A stretch of DNA of 64,000 nt from SAR86 cluster bacterium (GTDB taxonomy: Bacteria; Pseudomonadota; Gammaproteobacteria; Magnimaribacterales; TMED112): NCBI GenBank assembly GCA_023703555.1, contig CP097968.1, positions 842,307 to 906,306 on the forward strand, read 5' to 3'. Under the pieces are notes generated by a model. It was not told where the DNA came from, did not search any database, and worked only from the letters and a program-made list of their open reading frames with translations. A program made the translations under genes and the position numbers. Positions 47,895 to 57,456 of this stretch are shown here, in pieces (the first letter of the stretch is position 1; each line of letters starts with the position of its first letter).

Positions 47895-48231
47895 ATGAAG
47901 CACCACAACCGCATGTACTTTTGGCATTTGGATTTTCTACTGTAAACTTTGAACCCATTAAGTCTTCTTTGTAGTCTATATTTGAGCCAAGCAAATATGG
48001 ATAAGATAATTGATCTAGGACAACTTTTACTCCATTATCAAAATCAAGGATTGAATCCTCTTCAGAATCGAAAAGATCAAATTTAAACCCATACTGAAAT
48101 CCTGAGCAACCACCCCCAGTCACAAAGACTCTAAAATATTTATTATCTTCATCTTTGCCTAGTGAAAGGATCTTCACTTTCGCGTTGTTTGAAAGTGTAA
48201 AAGGTGTAGCTTTGTTAACACTAATACTCAT
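47884..48231 (-). CDS. erpA: Iron-sulfur cluster insertion protein (A-type carrier)
   Basis: 115 aa with GGGCSGFQY and a C-terminal CGCGASFTV. Confidence 0.9.
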   Translation of the reverse strand: MSISVNKATPFTLSNNAKVKILSLGKDEDNKYFRVFVTGGGCSGFQYGFKFDLFDSEEDSILDFDNGVKVVLDQLSYPYLLGSNIDYKEDLMGSKFTVENPNAKSTCGCGASFTV

Positions 48232-48275
48232 TAGATATATTCTAGCAAAATTAGTAAATCGATTATAATTTATAA

Positions 48276-48695
48276 ATGCTTTATCTGGTTTTCAAGTCCA
48301 TTCATCTGATATTGGTAATTTCATGGATGGCTGGGCTTTTTTATCTTCCAAGGCTATTTGTTTACCTAGCTGAGGACAGTGCTAAAAAAAATCATGACGT
48401 TTTTTTCATGCAAATCAAAAGACTCATGTACTTCATTACGCCAATTGGAATAATTGGAATATTTTTTGGAGCATTAATGATTGCATGGAATCCCTTGCTA
48501 TTAAATTCACTATGGTTAAAGATAAAAATTGGGCTTGTTTTTGTGCTTTTTTCATTCAATCTATATATTTTCTCAGAGTTTAGAAGAGTTAGATTAGGAG
48601 TCATTAAATCGACCCTATTCTATAGAATATTCAACGAATCAGTGGTAATTATATTAATTCCCATAATCTTACTTTCTGTATTTAAATGGCAGTAG
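48276..48695 (+). CDS. hemJ: Protoporphyrinogen IX oxidase HemJ
   Basis: 139 aa with four TM segments and the N-terminal FKSIHLILVISWMAGLFYLPRLFVY signature. Confidence 0.8.
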   Translation: MLYLVFKSIHLILVISWMAGLFYLPRLFVYLAEDSAKKNHDVFFMQIKRLMYFITPIGIIGIFFGALMIAWNPLLLNSLWLKIKIGLVFVLFSFNLYIFSEFRRVRLGVIKSTLFYRIFNESVVIILIPIILLSVFKWQ

Positions 48696-49318
48696 CTGAA
48701 AACTTTAAGGGAATATATGCAATTACCCCAGATTATTTATTTGGGGTTGAGCTTATTAAACTTGTAGAGCGAACACTCGATGCAGGAATTAATATTATTC
48801 AGTATAGGTTTAATAAAAATTTATCAAAGAGAGAGGTAATAGATACAGCAGAAACTCTATTTAAGAAGGTCCAAGCTTTTGGAGCAGAATTCATAGTTAA
48901 TAATGATGTAAATCTCGCGAATGATCTTTTCACAGGCCTTCATGTAGGCCCAGATTTTAAAAATGAGGAAGTTCTCGATCAAAAGAATAATATAAAGTTT
49001 GTTGGTTTTAGTTGTAAAAATAGCTTAGAACCCCAAAAAAACGACATAAACAACAGATTTGATTACTACTCTTTCGGCCCAATTTTTTTTTCAAAAACAA
49101 AAATGAGTCAAAATGGTACTATCGACATAAATAAAATTTCCTCTCAAATGGATAGTAAAAAAGTAAATGTTGCCATCGGAGGCATTAATTTAAAAAATCT
49201 TGCACAAATAAAACAAAAGGGCTTTGATTGTGCAGCAATATGCAACGGTATTTATCATGACTCAGACAAGATTGAGAGAAACATTAAGGAGATGATAAAA
49301 GTCTGGAATGAAAACTAA
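48686..49318 (+). CDS. thiE: Thiamine-phosphate synthase
   Basis: 210 aa with YAITPD, IIQYRFNK, VNNDVNLA, GLHVG and a C-terminal AIGGIN pattern, collinear with ThiE. Confidence 0.75.
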   Translation: MAVAENFKGIYAITPDYLFGVELIKLVERTLDAGINIIQYRFNKNLSKREVIDTAETLFKKVQAFGAEFIVNNDVNLANDLFTGLHVGPDFKNEEVLDQKNNIKFVGFSCKNSLEPQKNDINNRFDYYSFGPIFFSKTKMSQNGTIDINKISSQMDSKKVNVAIGGINLKNLAQIKQKGFDCAAICNGIYHDSDKIERNIKEMIKVWNEN

Positions 49319-50597
49319 AAATTCTCAAAATTTATTTAACAAATCTCAACTTCATATAGCTGGTGGTGTAAATTCACCAGTAAGGGCCTTTAAAAACGTA
49401 GGTGGAACACCAATTTTTTTTAAAAAGTCTAGAGATTGTTACTTGTACGATGAAGATGGTAATAAATACTTAGATTTTGTTGGATCTTGGGGCCCTATGA
49501 TCCTTGGACACTCGAATGAAGGAATTATAAAAGCGATTAGAAAACAAACTTCAAAAGCAATAAGCTTCGGTGCTCCAACAAAAAATGAATTAGAAATTGC
49601 AAAATTAATCAAATCTTTTTTCCCGAGCATGGAGAAGATCAGAATGGTGAACTCTGGCACTGAAGCGACTATGAGTTGTATAAGATTAGCCAGAGGGTTT
49701 ACAGGCAAAACCAAGATTTTAAAATTTTCAGGTTGTTACCATGGTCATGTTGATTCACTTCTTGTCAAAGCAGGATCAGGATTAGCCACACTCGGAATAC
49801 CTGATTCTCCTGGCATTCCTGAAGAACTTTCAAAACTGACTGTAAGCATTCCATACAATGATATTACCGCCTTAGAGAGAGCTTTTAATAAACACGGTAA
49901 TGATATTGCCGCAGTTATTGTAGAACCTATTGCAGGAAATATGGGTTTCATTGAACCATCAAAAGAATTTATTAAAAGCCTCTTCAACCTTAAGGATCAG
50001 CATGAATCTTTATTGATTTTTGATGAAGTTATGACTGGGTTTAGAGTTGCGCAAGGCGGCGCTCAGGAGTTATTTAAAGTAAAACCAGATTTAACGGCTT
50101 TGGGTAAAATTGTTGGTGGTGGATTGCCTGTTGGTGTCTATGGCGGAAAGACAGAAATTATGAGTATGATTGCTCCAGATGGACCTGTCTATCAAGCTGG
50201 TACACTTTCTGGTAATCCTGTAGCAGTAAGTGCTGGCACTGCTTTACTTAAACAACTTAAGGATGCAAATATTTATTTAGAATTGGATAGAGTAAGTAAA
50301 CTTTTTTTAAAAGGTGTTGCAGCTGCAGCTAAAAAAAATCTTATCCCATTCTCATATTCTGTTAGGGGTGGGATGTTTGGGTTCTTCTTTACAAATGATC
50401 TTCCACAAAACTTCGAAGACGTTAAAAATTCGAATCTTGAGTTATTCAAAAGGTTTTTTCAGGGTATGTTAGAAGAGAAGGTCTACTTACCACCCTCTGC
50501 ATTTGAAAGTTGTTTTATTTCTACAAAGCATTCTGAAGAAGTGATTCTAAAGGCTGTAAAATCAGCTGAAAAAGTTTTCTCCAAGATAAAATTATGA
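49308..50597 (+). CDS. hemL: Glutamate-1-semialdehyde 2,1-aminomutase
   Basis: 429 aa with GGVNSPVRAF, MVNSGTEATM, FDEVMTGFR and LGKIVGGGLPVG (PLP Lys). Confidence 0.95.
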   Translation: MKTKNSQNLFNKSQLHIAGGVNSPVRAFKNVGGTPIFFKKSRDCYLYDEDGNKYLDFVGSWGPMILGHSNEGIIKAIRKQTSKAISFGAPTKNELEIAKLIKSFFPSMEKIRMVNSGTEATMSCIRLARGFTGKTKILKFSGCYHGHVDSLLVKAGSGLATLGIPDSPGIPEELSKLTVSIPYNDITALERAFNKHGNDIAAVIVEPIAGNMGFIEPSKEFIKSLFNLKDQHESLLIFDEVMTGFRVAQGGAQELFKVKPDLTALGKIVGGGLPVGVYGGKTEIMSMIAPDGPVYQAGTLSGNPVAVSAGTALLKQLKDANIYLELDRVSKLFLKGVAAAAKKNLIPFSYSVRGGMFGFFFTNDLPQNFEDVKNSNLELFKRFFQGMLEEKVYLPPSAFESCFISTKHSEEVILKAVKSAEKVFSKIKL

Positions 50598-51580
50598 ATT
50601 TTGACATAATAGGTGTTGGTAATGCTCTGGTAGACCAAATTTATTACGTTTCTAAAGAATTTATCGATAAAACCGCACTGAATTTTAATCAATTTAAACC
50701 TATATCATTTCAGGAACAAGAGAGAATAATAGCCCTACTTCCAGATGGGGAAAAAAAGGAATTAGTTTGTGGTGGATCTTCAACCAATAGTCTAGCAGCA
50801 GCATCTAATTATGGTTCATTATGTGCACACATATGCCAATTAGGTGAAGACGAGATGGGAATAAAATATGAACAAGACTTGTCCCTAAATAACATTAAGA
50901 TAGTTAATACATTTAAGCATAAAAGTTTTAAGACTGGACGTTGCTTAGTCTTTATAACCCCAAATTCTGAAAGAACTATGGGGACTTACCTGGGAGCGTC
51001 TGAGCAATTAAATTTTTTAGACAGCTTTATTGATAATGTTAATAGCTCCAAAATTTTGTTCTCTGAAGGATATCAATTTACTTCAGATCAAAACTATTAC
51101 TCATTCACTAAAATACTGAAAAACACTGCATCTAATGTTAAATTTGCACTAAGCTTATCAGATCCTTTCGTCATTCAAAATTACAGGAAGCGTTTCGAAG
51201 AAGTTATAAAAATTAAGAAAATTGATTATCTTTTTTGCAATCGCGAAGAAGCCATTACGATGTGTGGAGATAATTATAGTGAGAGACTTAAAGAAATTTC
51301 TAATAATTTTGTTGTTACGGATGGATCAAATGAATCCATTATTTTTGACGGGAAAAATGAATCGAAACTTAAAGCTTTAAAAGTTAATGCAATTGATTCA
51401 AATGGAGCTGGGGATATTTTTGCTGGCTCTGCACTACATAAAATTATTGATGGCAAAGATTTTGTAACTGCATGTAGCTTTGGTAATTATGCATCCTCAA
51501 AAATTGTTCAGGAAAAAAGCCCAAGAATGTCAGCAGACGGCTACAAAAATATCAAAAATAGTTTTGAGTTACTGCAATGA
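50594..51580 (+). CDS. PfkB-family carbohydrate/nucleoside kinase (adenosine kinase-like)
   Basis: 328 aa with an N-terminal GNALVD and the C-terminal PfkB signature DSNGAGDIFAGS. Confidence 0.75.
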   Translation: MNFDIIGVGNALVDQIYYVSKEFIDKTALNFNQFKPISFQEQERIIALLPDGEKKELVCGGSSTNSLAAASNYGSLCAHICQLGEDEMGIKYEQDLSLNNIKIVNTFKHKSFKTGRCLVFITPNSERTMGTYLGASEQLNFLDSFIDNVNSSKILFSEGYQFTSDQNYYSFTKILKNTASNVKFALSLSDPFVIQNYRKRFEEVIKIKKIDYLFCNREEAITMCGDNYSERLKEISNNFVVTDGSNESIIFDGKNESKLKALKVNAIDSNGAGDIFAGSALHKIIDGKDFVTACSFGNYASSKIVQEKSPRMSADGYKNIKNSFELLQ

Positions 51581-52800
51581 TACCGAAAGTTTATACTGAT
51601 AAGAGATATGGCCTCAACAAAGAGCAGATATCAAATAATGCGCTTTCAATAATTTTGAAGCTTCAAAACAATGGGTACAAAGCCTTTTTAGTTGGTGGGT
51701 GCATTAGGGATTCAATAAAGGGTGAAAATCCTAAAGACTTTGATATTGTTACCAACTGCGAACCAGAGGAAATAAGAGGAATTTTTAGAAATTCCCGAAT
51801 AATTGGGAAAAGATTTAAATTGGTTCATATTACCTTTGCCAATGAAATCGTAGAAACAACAACCTTCAGATCTGGTACAGATGCCTCTTCTGAATCCATA
51901 GAAATTGATGAAGATGGGAAGATAGTTAGAGACAACCAATGGGGCACTCAAGAGGAAGATGCATTCCGTAGAGATTTTACTATCAATGCCTTGTATTACG
52001 ATCCCTACTCAAATGAAATCTCTGATTACACTACTGGCCTTAAAGATCTTAAAGAAAAAAAAATAAAATTTATTGGGGATCCTGAAACACGAATCCAAGA
52101 GGACCCGATCAGAATACTAAGAGCAATTCGTTTTGCATCAAAATTAAAGTTTCAAATTGACCACAAAGCACATAATCCAATCAAGAATAGTGTGCTAAAG
52201 CTCAAACATATGCCTCCAGCTAGATTATATGAGGAAATATTGAAACTTTTTCTTTCCGGTCATGCCTCTGAGAGTTATAGAAACTTGAAAGCATTTGGAA
52301 TAATGGAAGTTCTTTTTCCATTTCATGGCGTTGATATAGATGAATATCATGAATTTTTAGTAAAAGCTTTTTTTGACACCGACAACCGTATTAAAAATAA
52401 TAAACCTCTTAATCCAGGATTTTTATTTGCAACTCTAATGTGGCCGAGAGTTGCTCACAATTCAGGACTAAAAGAAAGGCTCGATTTTCAGAAATTTTAC
52501 AGAGTTGTTGCCACAACTATTAAGGAACAACAACAAATTTGTGCAATTCCGAGAAGATTCATAAGTTTTATTAAAGATATATGGATGAACCAAGTAAGAT
52601 TTAAAAATTTTGGAAAAAAATCAATAGGATTTACCCAAAGCCTAAGATTTCGTGCCGCCTATGATTTTTTTTTAATAAGAGGAGCAATCGAGCCAGAGTT
52701 AAAAACTGACATAAATTGGTGGACAGAATTTAGAGCATCAAATTATGATAAAAAGAACAGACTTTTAAAAGAAAAGCGCAAAGAAATGAGAAAAAATTGA
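51577..52800 (+). CDS. pcnB: Poly(A) polymerase I
   Basis: 407 aa with LVGGCIRD...KDFDIVT (the nucleotidyltransferase motif), RDFTINALYY and a basic C-terminal tail. Confidence 0.9.
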   Translation: MIPKVYTDKRYGLNKEQISNNALSIILKLQNNGYKAFLVGGCIRDSIKGENPKDFDIVTNCEPEEIRGIFRNSRIIGKRFKLVHITFANEIVETTTFRSGTDASSESIEIDEDGKIVRDNQWGTQEEDAFRRDFTINALYYDPYSNEISDYTTGLKDLKEKKIKFIGDPETRIQEDPIRILRAIRFASKLKFQIDHKAHNPIKNSVLKLKHMPPARLYEEILKLFLSGHASESYRNLKAFGIMEVLFPFHGVDIDEYHEFLVKAFFDTDNRIKNNKPLNPGFLFATLMWPRVAHNSGLKERLDFQKFYRVVATTIKEQQQICAIPRRFISFIKDIWMNQVRFKNFGKKSIGFTQSLRFRAAYDFFLIRGAIEPELKTDINWWTEFRASNYDKKNRLLKEKRKEMRKN

Positions 52801-53441
52801 ATCTTCCAAATTATATTGCTGTTGAAGGGCCAATAGGTGTTGGCAAAACTACTCTAGCAAAAAAAATAGCATTAAAATTTTCTTATGAATTATGTCTTGA
52901 AGACTCAGATGAAAATCCTTTTTTGGGAAATTTTTATAAAGACAGTAAAAAGTATGCTTTTGCCACGCAAATACATTTCGTAATGCAAAGGTCTAGACAG
53001 ATTAACAAATATTTTTCTGATGAACTTATTGATAGACGTATAGTATCTGACTTTATATTTCATAAAGAATCCATATTTGCTGAACTTAATCTAACAAATG
53101 AAGAATACAAGATTTTTGAAATTATAAAATCTAAATTTTATGAATCATTTCCAAAACCTGATTTGCTGATTTACTTACAAGCTTCGCCCAAAAAAGTAAT
53201 GGAGAGGGTAAAGAAAAGAGCCAGAACTTATGAAGAAAATATAGATTTAGAATACCTGGAAAAGATATGTCAAACATATTCGGAATTTTTCTTTAATTAT
53301 TCTGAGTCTCCACTACTAGTTTTGAATGTTGATGAGGTTGACTTTGTTGACAATCAGCGTGATCTAAAAATTGTTTTGGATTCAATTTCTAAGGATGTAA
53401 TTGGAAAAGAATTTATTAATCTTAGACCAAGCTTCTTCTAG
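52797..53441 (+). CDS. Deoxynucleoside kinase
   Basis: 214 aa with P-loop VEGPIGVGKTTLAKK and the dNK-family layout (ENPFL, SDFIF, basic lid KKRARTYE). Confidence 0.75.
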   Translation: MNLPNYIAVEGPIGVGKTTLAKKIALKFSYELCLEDSDENPFLGNFYKDSKKYAFATQIHFVMQRSRQINKYFSDELIDRRIVSDFIFHKESIFAELNLTNEEYKIFEIIKSKFYESFPKPDLLIYLQASPKKVMERVKKRARTYEENIDLEYLEKICQTYSEFFFNYSESPLLVLNVDEVDFVDNQRDLKIVLDSISKDVIGKEFINLRPSFF

Positions 53442-53902
53442 TGGACTTTGATATCACAAACATAAAAAATCTGCAGAAAATAGCAGAGCAACTATCAACC
53501 CTCATTTGTACAGAAAAAAAATTTTTTATTTTTTACCTAGAAGGCAATCTCGGTAGTGGGAAAACAACGCTCGTCAGGGAGATTATGAGTAAAATGGGCT
53601 GGAAAAAACCTGTTAAAAGTCCAACTTTTAGTATTCTTGAAGAGTATGAATTTAATGGGATGAAAGTACTGCATGCAGATCTTTATCGCTTGGAACAGGC
53701 TAAAGAATTTGAATTTATTGGCTTGGAAATAAATTTTGATGACCACGGAGCTTTTTTTATTGAGTGGCCAGAAAAAATTGATAGATTTAATTCTTCCAAT
53801 GAGATTTTTGTCAAATTAACAGTTACTGCTAAAAATAGAATACTTAATATTTCTTCTAAGCGAAAACGAATTCTAAGTTGCATTGATCGGATCAAAATCT
53901 AA
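53441..53902 (+). CDS. tsaE: tRNA t6A37 biosynthesis ATPase TsaE
   Basis: 153 aa with LEGNLGSGKTTLVREI, SPTFSI and HADLYRL. The GTG start overlaps the dNK stop (taGTG). Confidence 0.85.
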   Translation: MDFDITNIKNLQKIAEQLSTLICTEKKFFIFYLEGNLGSGKTTLVREIMSKMGWKKPVKSPTFSILEEYEFNGMKVLHADLYRLEQAKEFEFIGLEINFDDHGAFFIEWPEKIDRFNSSNEIFVKLTVTAKNRILNISSKRKRILSCIDRIKI

Positions 53903-55834
53903 CGCCCAGCTGGCAATTTTCCTACCATCTTTTGCTAATTCTTTTACTACCGATCTTACTTTGGCATTAAGTATTGAATCATTGTCACTTTGAATAATAC
54001 AAAACATTCTATATTTGTAATTTTTCTTTGGAACAGGATTTTCAAATGGTCCATATATCTCGACTCCATCAACAGAAAATTTCTTTTTTATTTCAAGTAG
54101 AAATTTATTAAGCCTATCTTGGTTTGTATCTTCTGCTTTGAAATAAACCATGTTGAGATAAGGGTAGAGTTTAAGCATTTTTCTCTCTTTGAGAAGGCTT
54201 TGAGCAACTGTACTAAAATCTCCATTTTGAAGCACTTTAAGCAAAGGATGATCTACAAGGCGTGATTGTAGTACAACTTCACTTCCTTCTTGTTTCCTTC
54301 CTGCCCTTCCAGCAACTTGTATAAGAAGTTGTGCTGTTTGCTCTTGTAAATGAACATCTGCACCAAATAGACCGAAATCTAAATTGAGAATAACTATTAA
54401 ACTTAAGTTTCTAAAATCATGGCCTTTAGCAAGAAGTTGTGTTCCAACAAATATCATGGGTTTGCTCTCTTTAATTAGTTCAGAAGTGGTACTTCTTTTA
54501 GACTTGCTTGATACAGAATCTCTATCAACCCTTACAACTTGGTAATCACTGAACTTTTCTTGCAATACTTCCTCAAGTTGCTGTGTACCAATACCTTTTG
54601 AATCAAAATCATCTGCACCACATGACCTACACTCCCTAGGTAGAGACCAGGCAGAACCACATCTATGACATCTTAATCTTTGATCAAACCTATGGTAGAC
54701 AAGGGGAGCATCGCAGCAATTACTCTTCACAACCCACCCACATGAATTACAAAAATATATAGGAGCGTATCCTCTCCTGTTTAATAAAATTAATGTTTGC
54801 TTTCCATCATTTAAGGTTTTCGTAATCTTTTCATAAACTTCGGGGTGTAAGCCTTTTTGCAGTTTTTTCTTACTGACATCAATCAGGCTTATTTTAGGTT
54901 TTGAAAATTCTCCATATCTTTGAGAGAGGTAGAATACTGATGTTTTCGACGACTCAACATCCCTCAGATTTGATAATGATGGAGTGGCTGATGCAAAGAC
55001 AACTTTAGCATTTTCATTGAGCACTTGCGCAACTCTTTTAGCATCATATCTAACCCCGTCTTGTTGCTTGAAAGATTGATCATGCTCTTCATCAAAAATG
55101 ATCAAACCTAAATTTTTCACTGGCAAGAAAACTGATGATCTTGTGCCAATAATAATTTTTGGACCTTTGAGCTTAGCTTTTAGAAAAACTTTATATTTCT
55201 GTAATTCTGTAAGAGAGGAGTGATAAAGAAGCACATGGTCACCAAATACTTTAACAAATGATTCATAAAGCTGCGGTGTTAAAAAAATCTCTGGAACAAG
55301 AACCAAAGAACTCTGTCCATTCATAAAATATTCCCTCACCAAATGTTTATAGATTTCTGTTTTACCTGAGCTGGTGACTCCAAACAAAAGAATTTTATTT
55401 TTCTTTTCTGCAAGAATGTTTTTTAAGCACTGTGTTTGCTGGTCTGTCAGGATGGATAATTCTCCTAATTTTTTTTTAGATAAGACTTGCTCTTGATATT
55501 TACGCAATGACTCTGTTGTTGTATTTTTTCTAAGCATATTAGGCAGAAATAAGGCAGCAACTTCACCCACTGGATGTTGATAAATGTCCGATATTTCACG
55601 GATTTTATCCAATTGCTGAGCGTTAAAAACGGGGCTTTCGTCTAATACTTTAGATATATATTTAACTTTGAATTTAACTTCTTTCTGATGGTTGTTTTTT
55701 ATTACAATGCCTACAAGCTTACGTCTTCCAAAATCAACTATTACTCGTTTACCTATTAAGCTTTCTTGTAGATTATGTTGATAAGTAAAAGTTGACCTTA
55801 AAGGAGTGGGTAAGGCAACCTCAACTAAATTCAT
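53873..55834 (-). CDS. priA: Primosomal replication restart helicase PriA
   Basis: 653 aa with Walker A GVTSSGKTE, a DEEHD box and a Cys-rich Zn insertion (CNSCGW...CHRCG...CRSCG). Confidence 0.95.
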   Translation of the reverse strand: MNLVEVALPTPLRSTFTYQHNLQESLIGKRVIVDFGRRKLVGIVIKNNHQKEVKFKVKYISKVLDESPVFNAQQLDKIREISDIYQHPVGEVAALFLPNMLRKNTTTESLRKYQEQVLSKKKLGELSILTDQQTQCLKNILAEKKNKILLFGVTSSGKTEIYKHLVREYFMNGQSSLVLVPEIFLTPQLYESFVKVFGDHVLLYHSSLTELQKYKVFLKAKLKGPKIIIGTRSSVFLPVKNLGLIIFDEEHDQSFKQQDGVRYDAKRVAQVLNENAKVVFASATPSLSNLRDVESSKTSVFYLSQRYGEFSKPKISLIDVSKKKLQKGLHPEVYEKITKTLNDGKQTLILLNRRGYAPIYFCNSCGWVVKSNCCDAPLVYHRFDQRLRCHRCGSAWSLPRECRSCGADDFDSKGIGTQQLEEVLQEKFSDYQVVRVDRDSVSSKSKRSTTSELIKESKPMIFVGTQLLAKGHDFRNLSLIVILNLDFGLFGADVHLQEQTAQLLIQVAGRAGRKQEGSEVVLQSRLVDHPLLKVLQNGDFSTVAQSLLKERKMLKLYPYLNMVYFKAEDTNQDRLNKFLLEIKKKFSVDGVEIYGPFENPVPKKNYKYRMFCIIQSDNDSILNAKVRSVVKELAKDGRKIASWALDFDPINAT

Positions 55835-55889
55835 GTATTTATTGTAATAGAAATTTTATTTGATATTATTCTTCCAACAATTATTCAAC

Positions 55890-56135
55890 ATGAAAAAAGA
55901 CATACATCCTGAGTACAGACCAGTATTATTCCATGACACTAGTGTGGACAAATACTTCTTGGTCAATTCAACTGCAAATACTACTCAAACAAAGAAATGG
56001 GAAGATGGTAATACTTATCCATACTACGTAATTGAGACTTCATCTGCATCACATCCTTTTTACACTGGTCAACAAAAAATTCTTGACACAGGTGGAAGAG
56101 TCCAAAAGTTCGAAAAAAAATTCGGCAAAAAATAA
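55890..56135 (+). CDS. rpmE2: 50S ribosomal protein L31, type B (Cys-less, zinc-independent)
   Basis: 81 aa, [29 protein letters not shown]...SHPFYTG, collinear with E. coli YkgM. The protein contains no Cys at all. The start was moved from 55860 to ATG 55890. Confidence 0.9.
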   Translation: MKKDIHPEYRPVLFHDTSVDKYFLVNSTANTTQTKKWEDGNTYPYYVIETSSASHPFYTGQQKILDTGGRVQKFEKKFGKK

Positions 56136-56139
56136 GAAA

Positions 56140-56592
56140 TTAATTTTTACCGGTACTTCCAAAACCTTGCGATCCTCTTTCGGTCTCATCAAAAAAATCA
56201 ACTTCTTCTAACTCTACTTGGTTCACTCTGATTACAACTAGTTGAGCTACTCGATCACCTGGAGTTATGCAAATATTTTTATCTGATCTATTCCATAAAG
56301 ATATACTTAAAGGGCCTTGATAATCTGAATCAATTAATCCTGTCAGATTCCCACAAACGAGCCCTTTTTTTGCCCCTAAACCTGAACGGGGTATTACCGC
56401 TCCAGCAAATTCTTTATTTTCAATAAATATTGATATCCCCGAGGGTATTATTGTTGATTCATTGGGTTTAAGAATGAGATTCTCTTTAGTGCATGCAATT
56501 AAATCAAGGCCTGCAGAGCCATTAGTTTGATATTTTGGTAAAGGAAAATCTGAACCAATTCTTTTATCTAAAATCTTGAACTTTAACTTCAT
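56140..56592 (-). CDS. dut: dUTP diphosphatase
   Basis: 150 aa with AGLDL, PRSGLG, IDSDYQG and a C-terminal RGSQGFGSTG. Confidence 0.95.
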   Translation of the reverse strand: MKLKFKILDKRIGSDFPLPKYQTNGSAGLDLIACTKENLILKPNESTIIPSGISIFIENKEFAGAVIPRSGLGAKKGLVCGNLTGLIDSDYQGPLSISLWNRSDKNICITPGDRVAQLVVIRVNQVELEEVDFFDETERGSQGFGSTGKN

Positions 56593-56645
56593 TGAAAACC
56601 TAATTATTGCATAAATTAAATTACTATTTTATTATCTCCCTTCTT

Positions 56646-56882
56646 ATGAGTAAGGTTTGCCAAGTTACTGGAAAAAAAGCGATGGTTGGAAATCATGTTT
56701 CCCATGCAAAAAATCGTGTCAAACGTTTATTCAAACCAAACTTGCATAAACATAAATTTTGGGTAGAGTCGGAAAGTAAATTTATAACCTTAACTGTTTC
56801 AAGTAGAGGATTAAGAACTATTGACAAAAAGGGCATTGACGTAGTTCTAAAAGAAATAAGATCAAAAGGTATCAAAGTTTAG
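56646..56882 (+). CDS. rpmB: 50S ribosomal protein L28
   Basis: 78 aa, [33 protein letters not shown]..., the canonical L28 sequence. The start was moved from 56607 to ATG 56646. Confidence 0.95.
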   Translation: MSKVCQVTGKKAMVGNHVSHAKNRVKRLFKPNLHKHKFWVESESKFITLTVSSRGLRTIDKKGIDVVLKEIRSKGIKV

Positions 56883-56883
56883 C

Positions 56884-57456
56884 TTGATTCTGCTAGCTTC
56901 AGCATCAATAAGACGCACTGAATTGCTGAGGATTATAAATGTTAAGCACAAGGTTGTATCACAAAACTTTGATGAAGATTCTGTTAAAGAAAAAGACCCT
57001 ATACTTTGTTCTCAAAAAATTGTTCTTGGAAAAAATTTAAGTGCCAGAAGTTTATTGGATGAAGAAGACAAAATTTTACCAGTTTTAACTTCTGACACAC
57101 TTGTATTTGCACCAGACAAAACAATTCTCGGTAAACCCCAAGATGCAGCTCAAAATTTAGAAATGTTAGAAATTTTCTCTGGCAAAACGCATAAAGTTTA
57201 TTCTTCTGTTTTAGTACATTTAAGTGGTAGAGAAATAATTAAAACGTCAGAAACTAGTGTGACTTTTACAAAGATGTCATCTCAGGAAATTAATGACTAT
57301 GTCGATTCAAAAGAGGGTTTTGGTAAAGCAGGAGGATACGGTATCCATGGTCCGGCTGCGAAATTTATTGAAAAAATTGAAGGAAGCTACACAAATGTTG
57401 TAGGCCTTCCACTGCACGAAACCTATGAAATACTTAAGTCCTTAAAGTTAGTTTAA
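56884..57456 (+). CDS. maf: Maf-like nucleoside triphosphate pyrophosphatase
   Basis: 190 aa with ILLASASIRR and GKAGGYGIHG motifs. TTG start 1 nt after the rpmB stop. Confidence 0.85.
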   Translation: MILLASASIRRTELLRIINVKHKVVSQNFDEDSVKEKDPILCSQKIVLGKNLSARSLLDEEDKILPVLTSDTLVFAPDKTILGKPQDAAQNLEMLEIFSGKTHKVYSSVLVHLSGREIIKTSETSVTFTKMSSQEINDYVDSKEGFGKAGGYGIHGPAAKFIEKIEGSYTNVVGLPLHETYEILKSLKLV

